The notes under the pieces were generated by a model that was not told the DNA's origin, did not search any database, and saw only the letters and a program-made list of their open reading frames with translations. A stretch of 58,095 nt of DNA from Girardia tigrina (lineage: Eukaryota), in the NCBI GenBank assembly GCA_001938485.1, contig MQRK01239657.1, positions 1-58,095 of the forward strand, read 5' to 3'. The position numbers and the translations under genes were made by a program. Each line of letters starts with the position of its first letter. The first letter of the stretch is position 1. Of this stretch, positions 23,809-38,153 are shown piece after piece.

Positions 23809-23933
23809 CAGGGCTGCAGAGTCGGACTAACTTCGACTCCTTTTTAGGTCAATTTATAATATCTGTTATTATTTTGGTCGTACTCGCAGTCGGTGTCGAG
23901 TTTCACGACTCCGACTCCGACTCAGCAGTCCTG
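23809..23933. mobile_element. hAT-type MITE
   Basis: TIRs CAGGGCTGCAGAGTCGGA / TCCGACTCAGCAGTCCTG, internal CCGACT repeats and a perfect 8-bp TSD ATTTTTTG. A related end fragment lies at about 36870-36923. Confidence 0.88.
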
Positions 23934-24470
23934 ATTTTTTGAAGTCCTTTTCATAATCAAAAGATGTGTTTTTTCTCAAAATGACGTCACAAATCAAAAT
24001 CACCTTCAAAAAATTTCTTTATAAATGTATATATTATTTTTATATACATATTTTATAAATATCAAATTTCTTTTATATTTGTATTACTTCCAGACATTTT
24101 TGAATCATTTTTATAGTTAAATTAAGAATGTACAAAAAATTTACATCTAAGGTTGCAAAAATTATTCAGCATAACTGATTTTTTTATACACATTGGGAAT
24201 TCGATCTTCAAAACAAATTTTAATTAAGTTCTATTTATCTTTATATTATTTTGAACTCTAAAGTTTACTTTGCATTAGTTCAGACTGTTATATATACTTA
24301 CTAACATTACTGTTTATGATTGAGAACCTTCAGGGGTACATGATTTTCAAAAAATAAACACAATAATAGTAATATCAAAGGTTTTCAACTTTTATTCACA
24401 TAGACTCCTTTTATTGTTGGGTATTCGTACCATAATGGTAATACATCTTGCAATTAAACTTCATAACTAC

Positions 24471-24821
24471 TGTTAAGAGAACTCACACATATGACAGAAC
24501 ATTTATTGCATTCACATTTCTTATCATCTCTTTGATCAATAACATTACTTTCATTTAAATCCATCACTCAATTTTTTTTAAAAATCTGAACGAACTTGAA
24601 GAAAATTATTTTATTTAAAATATTTAATTTAAATTTTATTGGCTAAAATAAAATACTTTATATAATCATTTTTAAATATTAATTTGATTTTAATTACTTA
24701 AAAATTAATCATTAAAATATTAATCATCCATCTGATTAGGAGAGACAATCCCTAATCAACGCACAACATTTAAACATGCAAGCACTACACAAAAACATTA
24801 ACATACCAAATATTCCTCACA
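24471..24821 (-). mobile_element. Solo-LTR-like dispersed element, copy 3
   Basis: Minus strand runs TGTGAGGAA...CTTAACA with a perfect TSD ACTAC/ACTAC. Close to copy 6. Confidence 0.87.
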
Positions 24822-27800
24822 ACTACTCTAACAAATACGCTTATAATCTGACGAAAAGAAAATAAATTCTAATTTAAAATTATAATCTGCAAAATTATTT
24901 GTTATTAATTAGGATAATTCCAAACATATTATGGCGTGTTCTATCAACATAAAATTCCAGGTCCAAATTACAAACTTGTGTAATGAATGCCTATAATATT
25001 ATCCACATGCCTAAGTGAAAATATTGCCATTTTAAATAACTAATTGCGATATTAAAATTCTCTTCTTCATTTTCATGTATCTTTTAGAGGAATAATTGCG
25101 ATTTCAATTATCAAAATTAATAATGTTACGTTGGATTTTTTAATTGAGATTTCAATATTATTTTATATAAAATTTGTACAAATAAATAAAAAGAGTGTAC
25201 TGATATTTCTCGATGAATTTCCTGGATTATGCTGATAGAACTGAAATTTAAATAAATTATATTTCATTGAATGCATTCTAACAACTCAGAGGAGCATTTT
25301 GCTGGCATAAAATAAGGGTTGATCTTTACTTTACTAAATACTGGAGGATGGTCGTTATCGTTCTAAAAACATACTTAAGGTTAACTCCATCTTGACATTG
25401 TTTAACCTGTTCTTAGGATTTAGGATGGTGATCTTTTCCGTGTTTTTCTCACTTTAAATTAATCTAAATTTAATTTAAAATTGAGATTAATTGGCATTAA
25501 TTAATTAAGACATGTTTAAAGGATCAACGTCATTTTTGACATTGTTAAACAGTTCTTAGAATTTAGGATGGCCTTAAAAGTTTTTCTCATTTTAAACTAA
25601 TCTTAATTTTTAAAATGGAGATAAATTATCACTTTTTAGTTACTTAATATATAATCTGAAGTGCTTCAGTATGATAAAAAAATTATAAAATGTTTCCACA
25701 ATATAAAAATATATATTTGTCTGATAAAATAAATCCTTTAAACAAACCAATTTGTGAGAGTTCAATTTAAGAGATCTCTTAAGTAAATATTCTATACATA
25801 TTTAATTATTTTTCTTGTATATATATTATTGAGTTCTAGGTCAAGAATTGATTTAGTAACTCAAAACCTTATTTATATCCCAATAACAATTTTTCTCGAG
25901 GAACTTTTCTTTTGTTTTCTTTTGACCAGATTAAATATACATAAAAATACTAAATTATAAATACTGATAAGTTATTTATTAAAATGTTATTTTATAAATT
26001 GAATTTATTATTTTTGATTACATTAATTTTATAGATTAACATTTTAATATTTTATAAAATTTCTTTAAAATACATTATAAAATCTACATAATTTAACTTT
26101 TTATTTTATATCATTTTAAAACGTATTTTAGTTAAATTACAACGATTTCTATTAATTTAAAATTATTTTGATGTTTTTTATTTCAATATTATTTATTTAA
26201 ATACCATTTAACTTAAATATAATTTTAGATCTTTAAAATATTTGAATGGTACATCTACTGTTAAAATTAAATTCCTAAATATTTTTTATTCTTCGTTAAT
26301 TTTTAAAACATAATTTTTTAATACAATTAATTGCAATAAAATATGATTTTTTATTCTACAACTTTATTTTATTTACAAGTTTTTGTTACTCCGAAATATT
26401 AATTTTTTAAAAATATTTTCATATTACAAATTAATTATTCAAAAATTTAAAGTTTACCAAAAAAACCCCTAACATATATAATCATCATTCTATCTTATCT
26501 TCAAGAAATTTATTTTTAAAAAATATATTAAATATTCGTTAAAAACTTCTGCATTTTCTAAACATCTGAGACTTAAAAAGTTTATCAGTGATAAAACTGA
26601 TTTAATTGTTCAGTTCAAAAAAAAGAAAAAATAATAAATTGTTAGATTATATATTCTACATGATTCTCGTTTCTTTATTAAACTTTGAAGAAGCTTGATG
26701 ATTGGGAATATTTTTTGTCAATTTTATAAATGGCTTTTGAAAATGTTATTTTACAGAACAATTCCTATCTAGTTAAAATGTTCTAAAAAATTCAAATCCA
26801 ATAGAAAAAGCTTTCTTTTGTATTAACGGTTGATTACAGAAACCTTTTCTTTTGATATATTTAAATTAATACTTACATTTTGAGATAATAAGACAAAGAA
26901 ATATAAAAGGAAAATTTAAAAAATAATGGGAAATTTTTATTAAAATCAAGAACGCCATTAAATACGCCATTGTAATGGGGACATCACACATAATTTTAAA
27001 ATTCTGTGCACTCAATTTAAAAATTATTGGAAGAGAGTGACATGTGAAGCGTTATATATAAGATATTTAGATTCTAAAAATAAAATTCAAAATGCACTAT
27101 CGAAAACTTTATTGAGGGTTTTAAATGATTTATTAATGTCGTGTTGATTGCATAATAATTAACGGTAGTTTTTAATTTTATAGACAACATTAAGATTTAT
27201 TTTATTTATAAGAATTATAATTATAATCTGAATGTCTATCAATATTTCTAAGTGAACATTTGTAATCTGTTCTTCATAAAAAACTTATTCTTACTTCAAT
27301 TTATTACTTAACTTATTTTTGATTTTTAATTTGCTTATCATTTTTAAGATTCCCATAAAACCTATCTTAATGTTTATAACATTAAGAATGAGTTTAATGA
27401 AATTATATTCAATTTAAAAATATTATTTATCAGATGTTAATTCAATCAATTTCAATATCTGTTATATAACAAGGGATGATGTATTATTATTCAATAATGG
27501 CGTCTATTTCTATTTGAATACTTTCCATGTTTTATATTATGAATCCGAAAATAAACATTTAACCTCCGATTATTCAAACTTGATCTTTCAGCATGCGCTT
27601 TCGATAAAAGATTTTTTTTATATTTTATACACAGAATAACTTTTTTCGATCTCACTATGAACCTTTTTATGACTTTCATTCAGTTTTAGTTTATAAAAAT
27701 ATCTCTAACTCCTCAAATGCATTATGTTATCATTTATTCTTCTTCATTCATATAGTTATTTGTAAACAGTGTCTATAAATTCCTATACCAAGATGTCCTT

Positions 27801-28149
27801 ATGATAATTTGGCCGCTATTAAAATTCTGTATAAAAATAATACTATCTTAAACTTCTTAATAAATCTTTTATTTATTGAAATCTATTATTTTCGTCAAAA
27901 TAAAGGAAATTTCATTTATATCTTTTTTTGTTCTTATAAATTTATTTGTTATTTTTTTCTTTGTTAGAAATTTTGATCTTCAACCTGACATTTTTAAATA
28001 ATAATGTAAGAATTTTCCATCAATAATTAATATGTATGTAAATGTACTCTTTCGAATTAATAAGTCGAAATAATTTTCAAAATTTATTCTTATTTTAAAA
28101 AGTGCGCGTTTTTTTTAATTTAAACAAAAAGCATCAAGTGATATTGTAA

Positions 28150-29070
28150 ATGTTATAATATTGTAAATTTTATTTTAGTATAGTAAAAATAATATAGATA
28201 TAAATATAGTTATTTATCCTTACACCCCCTTCTTTAAAAGGCTTAAGCCANTCTATATTTCTCTGAATTATTCGACCTGTTTTATTCCGCATTTCAACAC
28301 AACGATCATGGTCATTACGAATAATTTCATACGGTCCTTCATAACGGTCAGATCCTTTCTGTCTATTGTCTTTTATCACTAGTACCCAGTCACCGACCCG
28401 GAAATCCCGTTTTGTTATCGTTACATTACGATTGCTCATCTCTGACATTTTAACTTGGCCAATTATCTTCTTTTTGTCCAATTCATTGGTCTCTCTATTA
28501 TTCCATTTGAACTATGATGGTATGGACTTGAGAAGTTTATCTTAATCAATCGAAATTTTTGCAAATTCCATAAATGCCTGCGATTCGAATACTTTTCCAT
28601 GGTCCACGTGGATACATGCTGGAGCTCCAAACCTAAATATCCACTGACGTTGTATGATCTGTATTGCTATCATCTCATCTTAGTTGTTTACTGCTGTGAG
28701 ACTAAGATACCTACTAAATCTGTCTATTATACCAAAAATATTTTTTTTCCATTTATGACTGGCATAGGTCCACAATAATGCATGTAAATATCGTCAAATG
28801 GTCGTTTTGAAATCAAGTTCACTGTGTTTTCTTTTGTTATTCCCGTATAAGTTTTAGATGTTTGATACACTGCACATGTACTATTTCTACTACTGCTTGT
28901 ACTATTTTTTCAATGTTTTTACTAAACTCCTCCATATCATATTCTTCTCGTTAATGTGTACGTTTTATTTACTCCCACATGACACATAAATTTATGGAAA
29001 AATAAAATGAAATCGTTCCTTGTTTCCTTTGGAATCCAAATCTTGTTATCAAAAGTAGTATAGATATGTC
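28150..29070 (-). mobile_element. Ty3/Gypsy LTR retrotransposon 3' remnant (integrase, PPT, start of 3' LTR)
   Basis: Minus strand: IWIPKETR..FHKFMCHVG, RPFDDIYMHYCGP, IIDRFSRYL, WIFRFGAPACIHVDHGKVFES, and FRVGDWVLV...YEGPYEI (GPY/F). It ends LKPFKEGG, with the polypurine tract AAGAAGGGGG immediately followed by TGTAAGG at 28224. The left boundary is approximate. Confidence 0.88.
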
Positions 29071-29099
29071 AACAATAAAATATTAAGCGTTGTAGCAAC

Positions 29100-29330
29100 A
29101 CTCATATTTCCAATTTGAATGTTTATTAACGGGATAAAATATCTTATGTAAAATGACTCACAAAACTGCCATTCAGAATGCGTATCAAAATTCAGAATTA
29201 ATCCCTTACATCATCTGATACGATTTCAAATGCTCACAGACCTTACTCGTCCGCAAGGTTGTGTATCCTCACTAATACGAGTACGGAGCTACCGATATGT
29301 CTCTCCAATGTACTCTTTCGAAATCCGTGA
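29100..29330 (-). mobile_element. Penelope-like GIY-YIG remnant
   Basis: Minus strand EYIGETYR*LRTRISED. Confidence 0.6.
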
Positions 29331-29487
29331 CAATTTTTTTAATAAAATACTATTTGAAAAATACTAATTGTAAAATTTAACAATTATTGCAAATTGTAAT
29401 CATTTGAAATATGAAAGATTTTTAAATCAACCTTTTCTAATAATTATTAATCAGTTAATTAACTGCATTTTATTAATTAAATAATAG

Positions 29488-29640
29488 GATGACGAAAAAA
29501 TGATATCGATTTACAAAAAGAATCACAATTTCCTGACAAGCAATTTCGACCACATCTCGAGCGGCTTGTACGCGACCTCTATCCCGAATCAGGTGGTCGA
29601 CGTGGACGCGCTGCAGATCGATACGGGGATCGACAATGAT
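29488..29640 (+). CDS. USP31/43: USP31/43-like, exon 2
   Basis: AATAG acceptor and GTTAGT donor, 153 nt, phase 0/0. Open frame DDEKMISIYKKNHNFLTSNFDHISSGLYATSIPNQ... with CG-rich codon usage like exon 1. Confidence 0.78.
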
Positions 29641-29784
29641 GTTAGTTAGACTCATTTGACACTATTGTCTTATTTATTTAAATTTGAGTGTTCTTTAACG
29701 ACTTTGGTGTCCCAGTTAATTGAATATTTATTTAACCAGATCTGGATCATGGATTCCTTTATAATTGAATAATATTTTATTTAG

Positions 29785-29871
29785 GCCACAGTTGTTCAAA
29801 AAAGGGTCAAAGAATTTCCAGACAATCAACCGTTTATTCGAATATTGATAGTCCACGTTGAGAAATCTAAG
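29785..29871 (+). CDS. USP31/43: USP31/43-like, exon 3
   Basis: TTTAG acceptor and GTTTGT donor, 87 nt, phase 0/0. ATVVQKRVKEFPDNQPFIRILIVHVEKSK. Confidence 0.75.
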
Positions 29872-31356
29872 GTTTGTTATGATTGTTATGATTAATATTT
29901 GTTACTCATTTGACGTTTAAACTTTTTATGACATTTTTTGCTGAAAATTATTTTCTTCTTTTGACATTTCGACTGTTACGCCATCACTCATGAACTGATG
30001 CTGTTTGAATGTAAAACATGCACGGCGGTCAACGTGTTAATTAACCTGAGCAAATCTATTTATAAGAATATTTAGCTAGAATTTATGTGAATCATATCAA
30101 GGTGAAAAACTATTTAAATCAAACATTTTTCACACAAAAATGTTCATTCAAAGTCACTCTTACTGATCTAATTTATAATTTATGTAAGTTACATTTATAA
30201 CATTTAGGCAGACGTTTTCGGAATGAATGATTTATAATAAAGTTGATTACCGAATATTTATATTCTTCCTTGATGTTTACATTTTTGATATAACATGTCC
30301 AACGTTTTTATACCCACCTCAATATTTACCATAAACATGCGAGGGGTATATGAGTCTTGTAAGATACATGGATACACAATATTTTATTATAATCTGTCAA
30401 TAGAGAAAACGAATATCGTTCAGTGATAATTTTTATGTTGAAGGTTTATCGACTCAAGAAAAACTTTACTTCTTCATTTCTATCTGTTTACTGATCTAAG
30501 ATCATCCATCTAATGAGCACCTGAAAACTGTAACAATATGATAATTTTATCAACAAGTCCTTATGATCAACGAATGATAGTACTTGGAATAGTTAATTTT
30601 ATAGTCATTCCAAGGGAACAAATCGGCAATACATGATGGGAATATTTTTAAATTATTGCTAAAAATTGAGTTAAAACACATACTAATAAGAATTTGTTCA
30701 AGCTATATATATAGCTTGAACAGAAAGATAATTGATTTCTTTCGTCAATTTATAACTGTTAGTAAAGCATATTTATCATTCAAGGGTTTATCTTTGTAGA
30801 CCACAAACAAAAGAAAAATTAAACACTAAAATATGTCGGATGGTTACAACATCAGAAGAGGTTATTGCATCTGTTCTTTAAAAAAAGTTAACTCTGAATG
30901 TTACGCAAGGGTAAATTTTCAACAACATTTAGTAAATTTATATTTATTAACAAATTTCCTAATTACTTAATTCGTTTTGCGCGCAAATGTCGGGTTTGAC
31001 ATCGTATTAAACACAATCCAATGTTCAGAATGACATTGATAAAATTCACGAATAAATCAAAAGTTCAAAGACTTGCATGTGACACGTTTTTAAAAATACT
31101 TAAAATCTGATTGGATGATTCATTTTGTACATTTAAGCTTGGCTTATAATAATTAAATAAATATGGATAAAATAAATTTATTTTATCAAGCCGATTAAAT
31201 CTATATTATATATCTTTAAAAAGGATAAATATTGTCAAATATAAAATATTATTTTCATAAAAATAAAAAAAAGTAAAATATTATAATTTTTATTAAAAAT
31301 AATTTAAAATTGATTAATAAAATTTTTTAAAAAAAGAAAACAAAATTAATTGTTTT

Positions 31357-32047
31357 TGTGAGGAATATTTTAAATTTGGTATGTTGAAATTGGTTTGTTG
31401 AATTTTGTATGTTGAGTTTAGTATNNNNNNNNNNNNNNNNNNNNNNNNNNNNNNNNNNNNNNNNNNNNNNNNNNNNNNNNNNNNNNNNNNNNNNNNNNNN
31501 NNNNNNNNNNNNNNNNNNNNNNNNNNNNNNNNNNNNNNNNNNNNNNNNNNNNNNNNNNNNNNNNNNNNNNNNNNNNNNNNNNNNNNNNNNNNNNNNNNNN
31601 NNNNNNNNNNNNNNNNNNNNNNNNNNNNNNNNNNNNNNNNNNNNNNNNNNNNNNNNNNNNNNNNNNNNNNNNNNNNNNNNNNNNNNNNNNNNNNNNNNNN
31701 NNNNNNNNNNNNNNNNNNNNNNNNNNNNNNNNNNNNNNNNNNNNNNNNNNNNNNNNNNNNNNNNNNNNNNNNNNNNNNNNNNNNNNNNNNNNNNNNNNNN
31801 NNNNNNNNNNNNNNNNNNNNNNNNNNNNNNNNNNNNNNNNNNNNNNNNNNNNNNNNNNNNNNNNNNNNNNNNNNNNNNNNNNNNNNNNNNNNNNNNNNNN
31901 NNNNNNNNNNNNNNNNNNNNNNNNNNNNNNNNNNNNATCAATTTAGAACGATGTCGAATGACGAGAGTTTTGCTGAGAGTTGTCCAAAAGACAATTCTGA
32001 TTGTAATGAAAATAAAAGTTTGAAAAGCCATGTTGGTGTTCTTAATA
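31357..32047 (+). mobile_element. Solo-LTR-like dispersed element, copy 4 (spans N gap)
   Basis: TGTGAGGAA start, CTTAATA end, perfect TSD GTTTT/GTTTT. The middle is unsequenced. Confidence 0.75.
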
Positions 32048-32922
32048 GTTTTATTATAACATAAATCATTAAGTAATATAAGTAGATGGAAATATTTTGA
32101 CCATCCAACGTGTTCATCAAATTAAGCTGTATCTGAGACCTAAGAATTCCCTTTGGAAAGGTTTTTAATCAAATCAAAAAGCAATTGACAATGTAGATGG
32201 TTATTTTAAAAGCCTCTGAACAGATCATTATAAACAATTTATAAAATTGTTAGAAAAATACTTGACTAAGTATATTGAGCCAGAAAATAATTCTCTTGAA
32301 AATAAACGGATATTGAACCTTTTCACACAGCTTTTGATTCGTTACCACAATGGAAGTCTTATCAAGTTTATTAAAAACCTGTTTTGACATTTTGTACATA
32401 AACTGTATTTTTTACGATTAAGAATTAAATGGATTGTCGTTCAGCCACAGAAAATATATGCGCATCATCCCTTGATTCAAGTGAGAGATAAGTGCCGAAT
32501 AATCGCTATGTAAATCAAGATTAACTATTAATTTGATTTCCTAAAGACATTAATACAATACATGTGTCGAATATAATTACATTGAATTCACTCATTTATG
32601 CATAATCATTTCTTTTATTTTGTCGTTTGTCGTAGTTGTTATAATATTCATATCTTCTGTTTATCAGTTAATTTTCCTCAAATTATGAGCCACTCGGATT
32701 GGGGGTATTGTTAAGTTCCTGATTACATTGTGGTATTTCTTTAAAAAACAAGACAGCGCTTTGCAATATCGATTATAGAAATTGATGCTGAGATATTTCT
32801 TTCTATGATCCTTTGAAAGGATAAATCAATTAAACCTTCATATTCTATTAATCCTTCCATCCCTGTAATTCATATCATTACGATCATCTTATAAAAGTGA
32901 ACTATAAAAGCACCCTATAGAC

Positions 32923-33258
32923 CAGGGGTGCGCAAACTTTTTGTCGTTGACGGCCACAAAGCATAAATCTTTTGGTACCACGGCCGCATGATTTTCGAAG
33001 CGATTATTGGCCATGTGTAGCCGGCTTACCGCAAATGTGGACGCATACACAGACATGACGCTATTGCTTATCATAAGCCATGAGACTGCTCAAACATTTG
33101 ATATATATGACCGCTTTATATATTAAAATTTAATGTTTAAATTTAAATTAATGTTTAAAAATTTAATTTAATGATTAAATTAATACACTTCTCCACGGCC
33201 GCACAATGTTCCTCACTCGGCCGCATGCAGCTGTACAGCTTTAGGTTGCGCACGTCTG
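32923..33258. mobile_element. hAT (Charlie-like) MITE
   Basis: TIRs CAGGGGTGCGCAAAC / GGTTGCGCACGTCTG, subterminal CGGCCGCA repeats and 8-bp TSD CTATAGAC/CTATAGAT. Confidence 0.88.
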
Positions 33259-33642
33259 CTATAGATTGTAACGAAGCAGTGTAATTGTCGAAGATTACTT
33301 GTTATTAAATGAGACGAAAATTAATATCTTACTGGTCGAACCCTGTCAATAAACATTAATCAAGATATAATACTAAGTTATATGTTACTATCAGAAGAAT
33401 AGGTAATGTAATTCATAACCAATGTTCTTTGAAACAAACGACTGAAAAAATAGAATTCCTTAACATTAAATCTCTAATTGATGTGGAACAGAAATAGAGT
33501 TCAAGAACATCAAGATCATACGTGATACAATTATTAATATTACAGTGACAGGAAATGAATGAACTAAATTGGGGTATAATTTAATTTTGGGGGAAAGAAC
33601 ATATGGCGTTTTGAAAGATTTAACTGTTAGTTGCATTAAAAT

Positions 33643-34128
33643 TGTGAGGAATATTTTTGAATTTTTGAAAATAAAAAATTTTTGAATGGTGCTTATTGTA
33701 TGTTGTTTCAGGATTGTGTTTCTCCCACCCAGATGGAAGATAGATATTTTAAATATTTTAAAAAGTCGGATTATTTAATCAGTCTAACTAACTTTAAAAT
33801 TAAATTAATATATCATAAATAATATATTTAAAATATTTTTAAAAATAATTAAAATTATTTTGTAATATAAATTATAAATTATTTTGAAATTGAATTGTAA
33901 ATAAATTGTAATTTAAATTTGTTTAAATAAATAGAAATAGAATTAAATAGAATTAATTAAATAGAAATAGAATTAATTTGTTTAAATAAATCGAAATAGA
34001 ATTAAAAAATCGATCAATCAAGAATGATGACTATTTACAAAAGTTTTGTGGAGAATTGTCCTAGAGGCAATTCAAGTTGTGATATCAATAAATGTTTTTA
34101 ATAGACATTATATTCGATGATGTTGATA
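33643..34128 (+). mobile_element. LTR-like dispersed element, copy 5
   Basis: TGTGAGGAA start, family motif GGATTGTGTTTCTCCCACCCAGATGGA, and AATAAA about 40 nt before the homologous end TGTTGATA. No clean TSD, so it may still be attached to internal sequence. Confidence 0.72.
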
Positions 34129-37100
34129 AGTTCACACAAAATTTTATTAAATGAAAATTACAAACCATTTTAAACAAATTTCATCTCGTTAATCCAATTT
34201 ATTCATTTCGCTAAATTCTATTTATTAAATTTTCTATAAAATCAAATTTCTACTTGTATAAATTTATTAAACTTTCACTATTAAATTTTATCTCTAAAAT
34301 TTACTATTTTTGTTAAAAAATATTTAACTTTAACTTTAATTTCTTTCCAAATTTCGTTCTACATTAAAAATTTAACCCAATTTATTGTTTGTATTAAAAT
34401 CAATTTTACTTTCTTATTATATTTTTTAACAAAATATTTTCTTTTTGATATATATTTAAAATATATCGGTTTTAATTAATCTAAACTTATTAACTTTGTT
34501 TATTTTAATTATTATATATTTTTAAGGTTTTGAAAAATCCTTTTTTCTTAGTTTTAGAAACTTTCTGTATTTCTTTTTATATTTTACATAATTATTTCGT
34601 TCTTGTTAAAATTTTACATTGAATTTTTTATGAATTATTTTGCGAATCGAAAATGTTAACTAACTCCTCAATAACTGCAAAGGTTAAAAGAAAATGAAAA
34701 AGTTGGACAAAAATGAATTAATTGAGACACATAAGAAAGTTGAATTAAGATCAACAATATTTGAGTAAGTACATGAACGGTTAAGATGTTTTATCATAAA
34801 TGTTAACATTTTAAACATTTTTTTTTAATTTGTAAAACTACAAAAAAATTACACAAAAAATTTCAAAAATTTAAAAATAAAATTTTGAAAAATCTGTTTT
34901 AATTAAATAACGAATGAAAAACGTAATAAAAAAATAATCGTTTGAAATAAATTATGTAAAAAATATTTTAATCTAAGATTTTTATGTAATATTTATTTCC
35001 ATTTTCAATTTGAAGAGAATAAAGTTTATTTTCAAAAATTGAGTTTAATTTTATGCGACTGTCAAGAGTCCATTTATTCCGATCCGGGGATAATTACGAC
35101 AGACTCGGCCCCATCCTGCTGAGATCTGGCTAGTTTTATGGACGTTGTTTCGTCCAGCTGCCGAATAATTGTCTTCGATAAATTTATCTTGAAAAAAATT
35201 AACCAGCATTTATTTATAAACCGTAAATAATTGTCATTCATTAAATTTTCAATGGCATGTATAATGTGAATTATTTTTAATTTATCAATTGGTAGTTTCG
35301 ATACATAAAGTTTGATTGTGCTATCAAATCGCTATTCGAGTGCTACTAAAAACGTTATTCCAATGGTTGTGATTGATATTTTTCGAAACCGTTTATAACA
35401 TGAAACTCCCTTCATCACGAAGATTGGGAGGAGATAATAAACGATATTTTAATCCAAATATTTACATCTTAAACTGCATTAAATCAATCTCAACTATCAG
35501 TTAATAAACAATTTTTGTTGGTTCAATTATTCCTTTAGCACTTTTATTTTGAAATAAATATGTAAAGAATAAAAAAAATATATTGACAAATAATAATTGT
35601 ATTTGTCTTATTTCATAATTTTTTTATTAAATAGATATTTTTAAAATTTTGTATGTAAAATGGTGATTTTTGAATCAGTTTCAGCCTTAATAATTTATAT
35701 TTATACCGCAAAGCTGCAATGTCCAAAAATCAACGACCTGCAATCATAACAAGTACATGTGATTTTATTTACCTTAAGTATTCCTAACTTTAAATATTAA
35801 TTGATCTAGAGATATCAGTATAATATTTATCGCAAGTTTGTCATTTATTAAGTCTAAATGACCAGACAATCCAATTGTTATCTTCAAGTCATTGACCTTT
35901 TAGGGACCCCTTATGAACACAGACTGCGTTCAACCGTCAAGTTCAGAGACTATATAAATCAAAAATTAAAAAAATAATTAAATTTTAAGCACGAATTCAA
36001 ATTTATCTGTTCCGAAAATTATCAATTATTTTCATAAGGATTCTTAGAAAAAAAAGCAAATTTAGAAGTATTTATTAAACATAATAAACAAGATTGATTT
36101 TACAACGCAATTGGAAATGTACATAAAAACTAATAAGTATTCTAAAATCTTTTTTTTCGACTTTAAATGACATCATTAAGGTTTTTAAATTTAAAAATTA
36201 TTTGATTCTCCCATAAAATGCCGTGTTTTTTTCGTTAAAATTTATGTCTTTGATCTCAAAATTACCGTTGTTGAATTTGGTTCACCAATCTTGTACAATC
36301 ATTGGACCCTAAGCCTCCTATTTATACATGGAGTAAATGTCTCCAGCTGCTGCGTTAGTTTAGTCATCTTGGTAATAGCCGAATGAAAGTAAGTATCCAA
36401 TTGAAGATTTTGTCACCCGCCATTGCCATTTTGTGTAGCTTAAAATTAAAGTAAAATTAAGTTAGTTAAAAAATGATAATAACTGAATTGAAAAACAGAA
36501 AAGGTCTTTCAAATGGCTCTTTATATTTTGAGACGGCACTGCTTAACAAACATGCAGTCTAAAGCTCCTATTTGCACCCTGTAATAGAGTGTAACTATTC
36601 GCCGTGACGAAGCGAAGACAGAGGCGCAAGCCACCTGTCAGTTATCAAGATATCTGCATGAAAATGTCGATGCCTTGTATTTGATTTAACTTCACCTAAG
36701 CGGTGCGTTTAAATTAAATTAAATCAAACAAAAGACAAAATAACAAGAAAAAAGATCACAGAAAATTGCTGGAACTTATGGAACAACCCAATAAATTTGA
36801 ATAAAAGGACGTTGAAAAATGCTGATTTATAATTAGGATTAAAAATGGTAAAAAAATATATTTCGATTCCAAATCCGACTCCGACTTCCCCAAAAATCCT
36901 TATACTCGGACTCCGCAGCCCTGATTAAATCTTTATTAATACATTCATAAATCTTTATAACATTCATACATTCATAAATCTTTATAACATTCATACATTC
37001 CTTACCTTATTTTGAATTTCTTAATAAAAACTCGTTTGATTTAATGAAAACCTTTGTCTCGAAAAGTTATTGTGCGATTGATGTAATTAATTATAAATGC

Positions 37101-37375
37101 AAAAACGAATTATATTATGTATATTCTTATGAAACATAAACATTTTTGAGTATTAAATTTTAAATGTTGATTAATGCAATCAAAACCTTACATAGATTTC
37201 TTATGAAATGTCGCAATTCGTAAAATATCTAAAATAGTCAAGTGATCGCAGAATCTACAAATATGTTTGAATATTTTTCAGCTTCCAAACATTTGAATTT
37301 ATCTGTTTTTCTATGGGTCTTTTTTTAATAAATTATATTATATTTATAAACGATTTTGATAAAGATCTTGTTTAG

Positions 37376-37627
37376 GATTCTGTCAATGAAATCAGTGATG
37401 AACTTCGTCGAATCATTCGCAACGATGATCACGATACCACGAGAAGCTTTCACGAGTCCGAATTGTTTTTCAATGAAAATAACTATTCCAGATTTACAAA
37501 TATCTTAACCGTTCAAGCAGCTCGAAAAACAAAACTTAGTTTACTGCGACATTCTCTCAGCGAGCAAATGTTCAGATATTTCAATTTGAGAAAGATTAAA
37601 AAACTTCCAAAACCGCAATTTATAATC
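37376..37627 (+). CDS. USP31/43: USP31/43-like, exon 4
   Basis: TTTAG acceptor and GTTAGT donor, 252 nt, phase 0/0. ...SRFTNILTVQAARKTKLSLLRHSLSEQMFRYF... resembles the RFGxPFVL..L...IL..M segment of the USP31/43 insert. Confidence 0.8.
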
Positions 37628-38153
37628 GTTAGTTTGATTTTTATAATAATTATGAGTCCTTTATATTAATGAACTGTATAAAAATACTTTGAAAATTCTT
37701 AAAAATCAATTCTGTTTGCAATAATTATTATTGAAAAAATTCAATTAAATAAATTTTTCTGTTCATTATAAAGATATGATGTCTGACACATATGATGTCC
37801 GGTCCTTGCATTCCGAGGTCTGTGCATACCCAATTAAACGGGAATGTTAAACCAAATGACCCTCTAGCAGAAATTTCATGTGGAAACTTTGTTGGAAGAC
37901 TTTGATTTAATATTGAGAGAATCATCTTAGTCTAAGATTCTTAGACTTTGTCATTATTCGACCAGTTTGTTACTTACTTTATATTCATGGACCCCGGTTA
38001 GTTGGACTGGTTGATAACTTTTGCCCACCACTATTCCTACTAATGACTTGTAAAAAATGTAAATATTTCACTTAAGGAATAGCAGGCATAATTAATATCC
38101 ACAAAGAACAATTTGGCTGTCTATAGGCCATTTTTAGTCAATGTCAATGCTTA

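Noticed and set aside
30695-30722. Perfect 28-bp palindrome TGTTCAAGCTATATATATAGCTTGAACA
   Set aside because: Isolated and centred on (TA)n; most likely a repair or transposon footprint with no further support.
31951-34110. Similar Cys-containing mini-peptides at the 3' ends of LTR-like copies 4 and 5 (ESCPKDNSDC / ENCPRGNSSC)
   Set aside because: Explained by nucleotide homology of the repeat; I saw no consistent start, frame or stop in the other copies.
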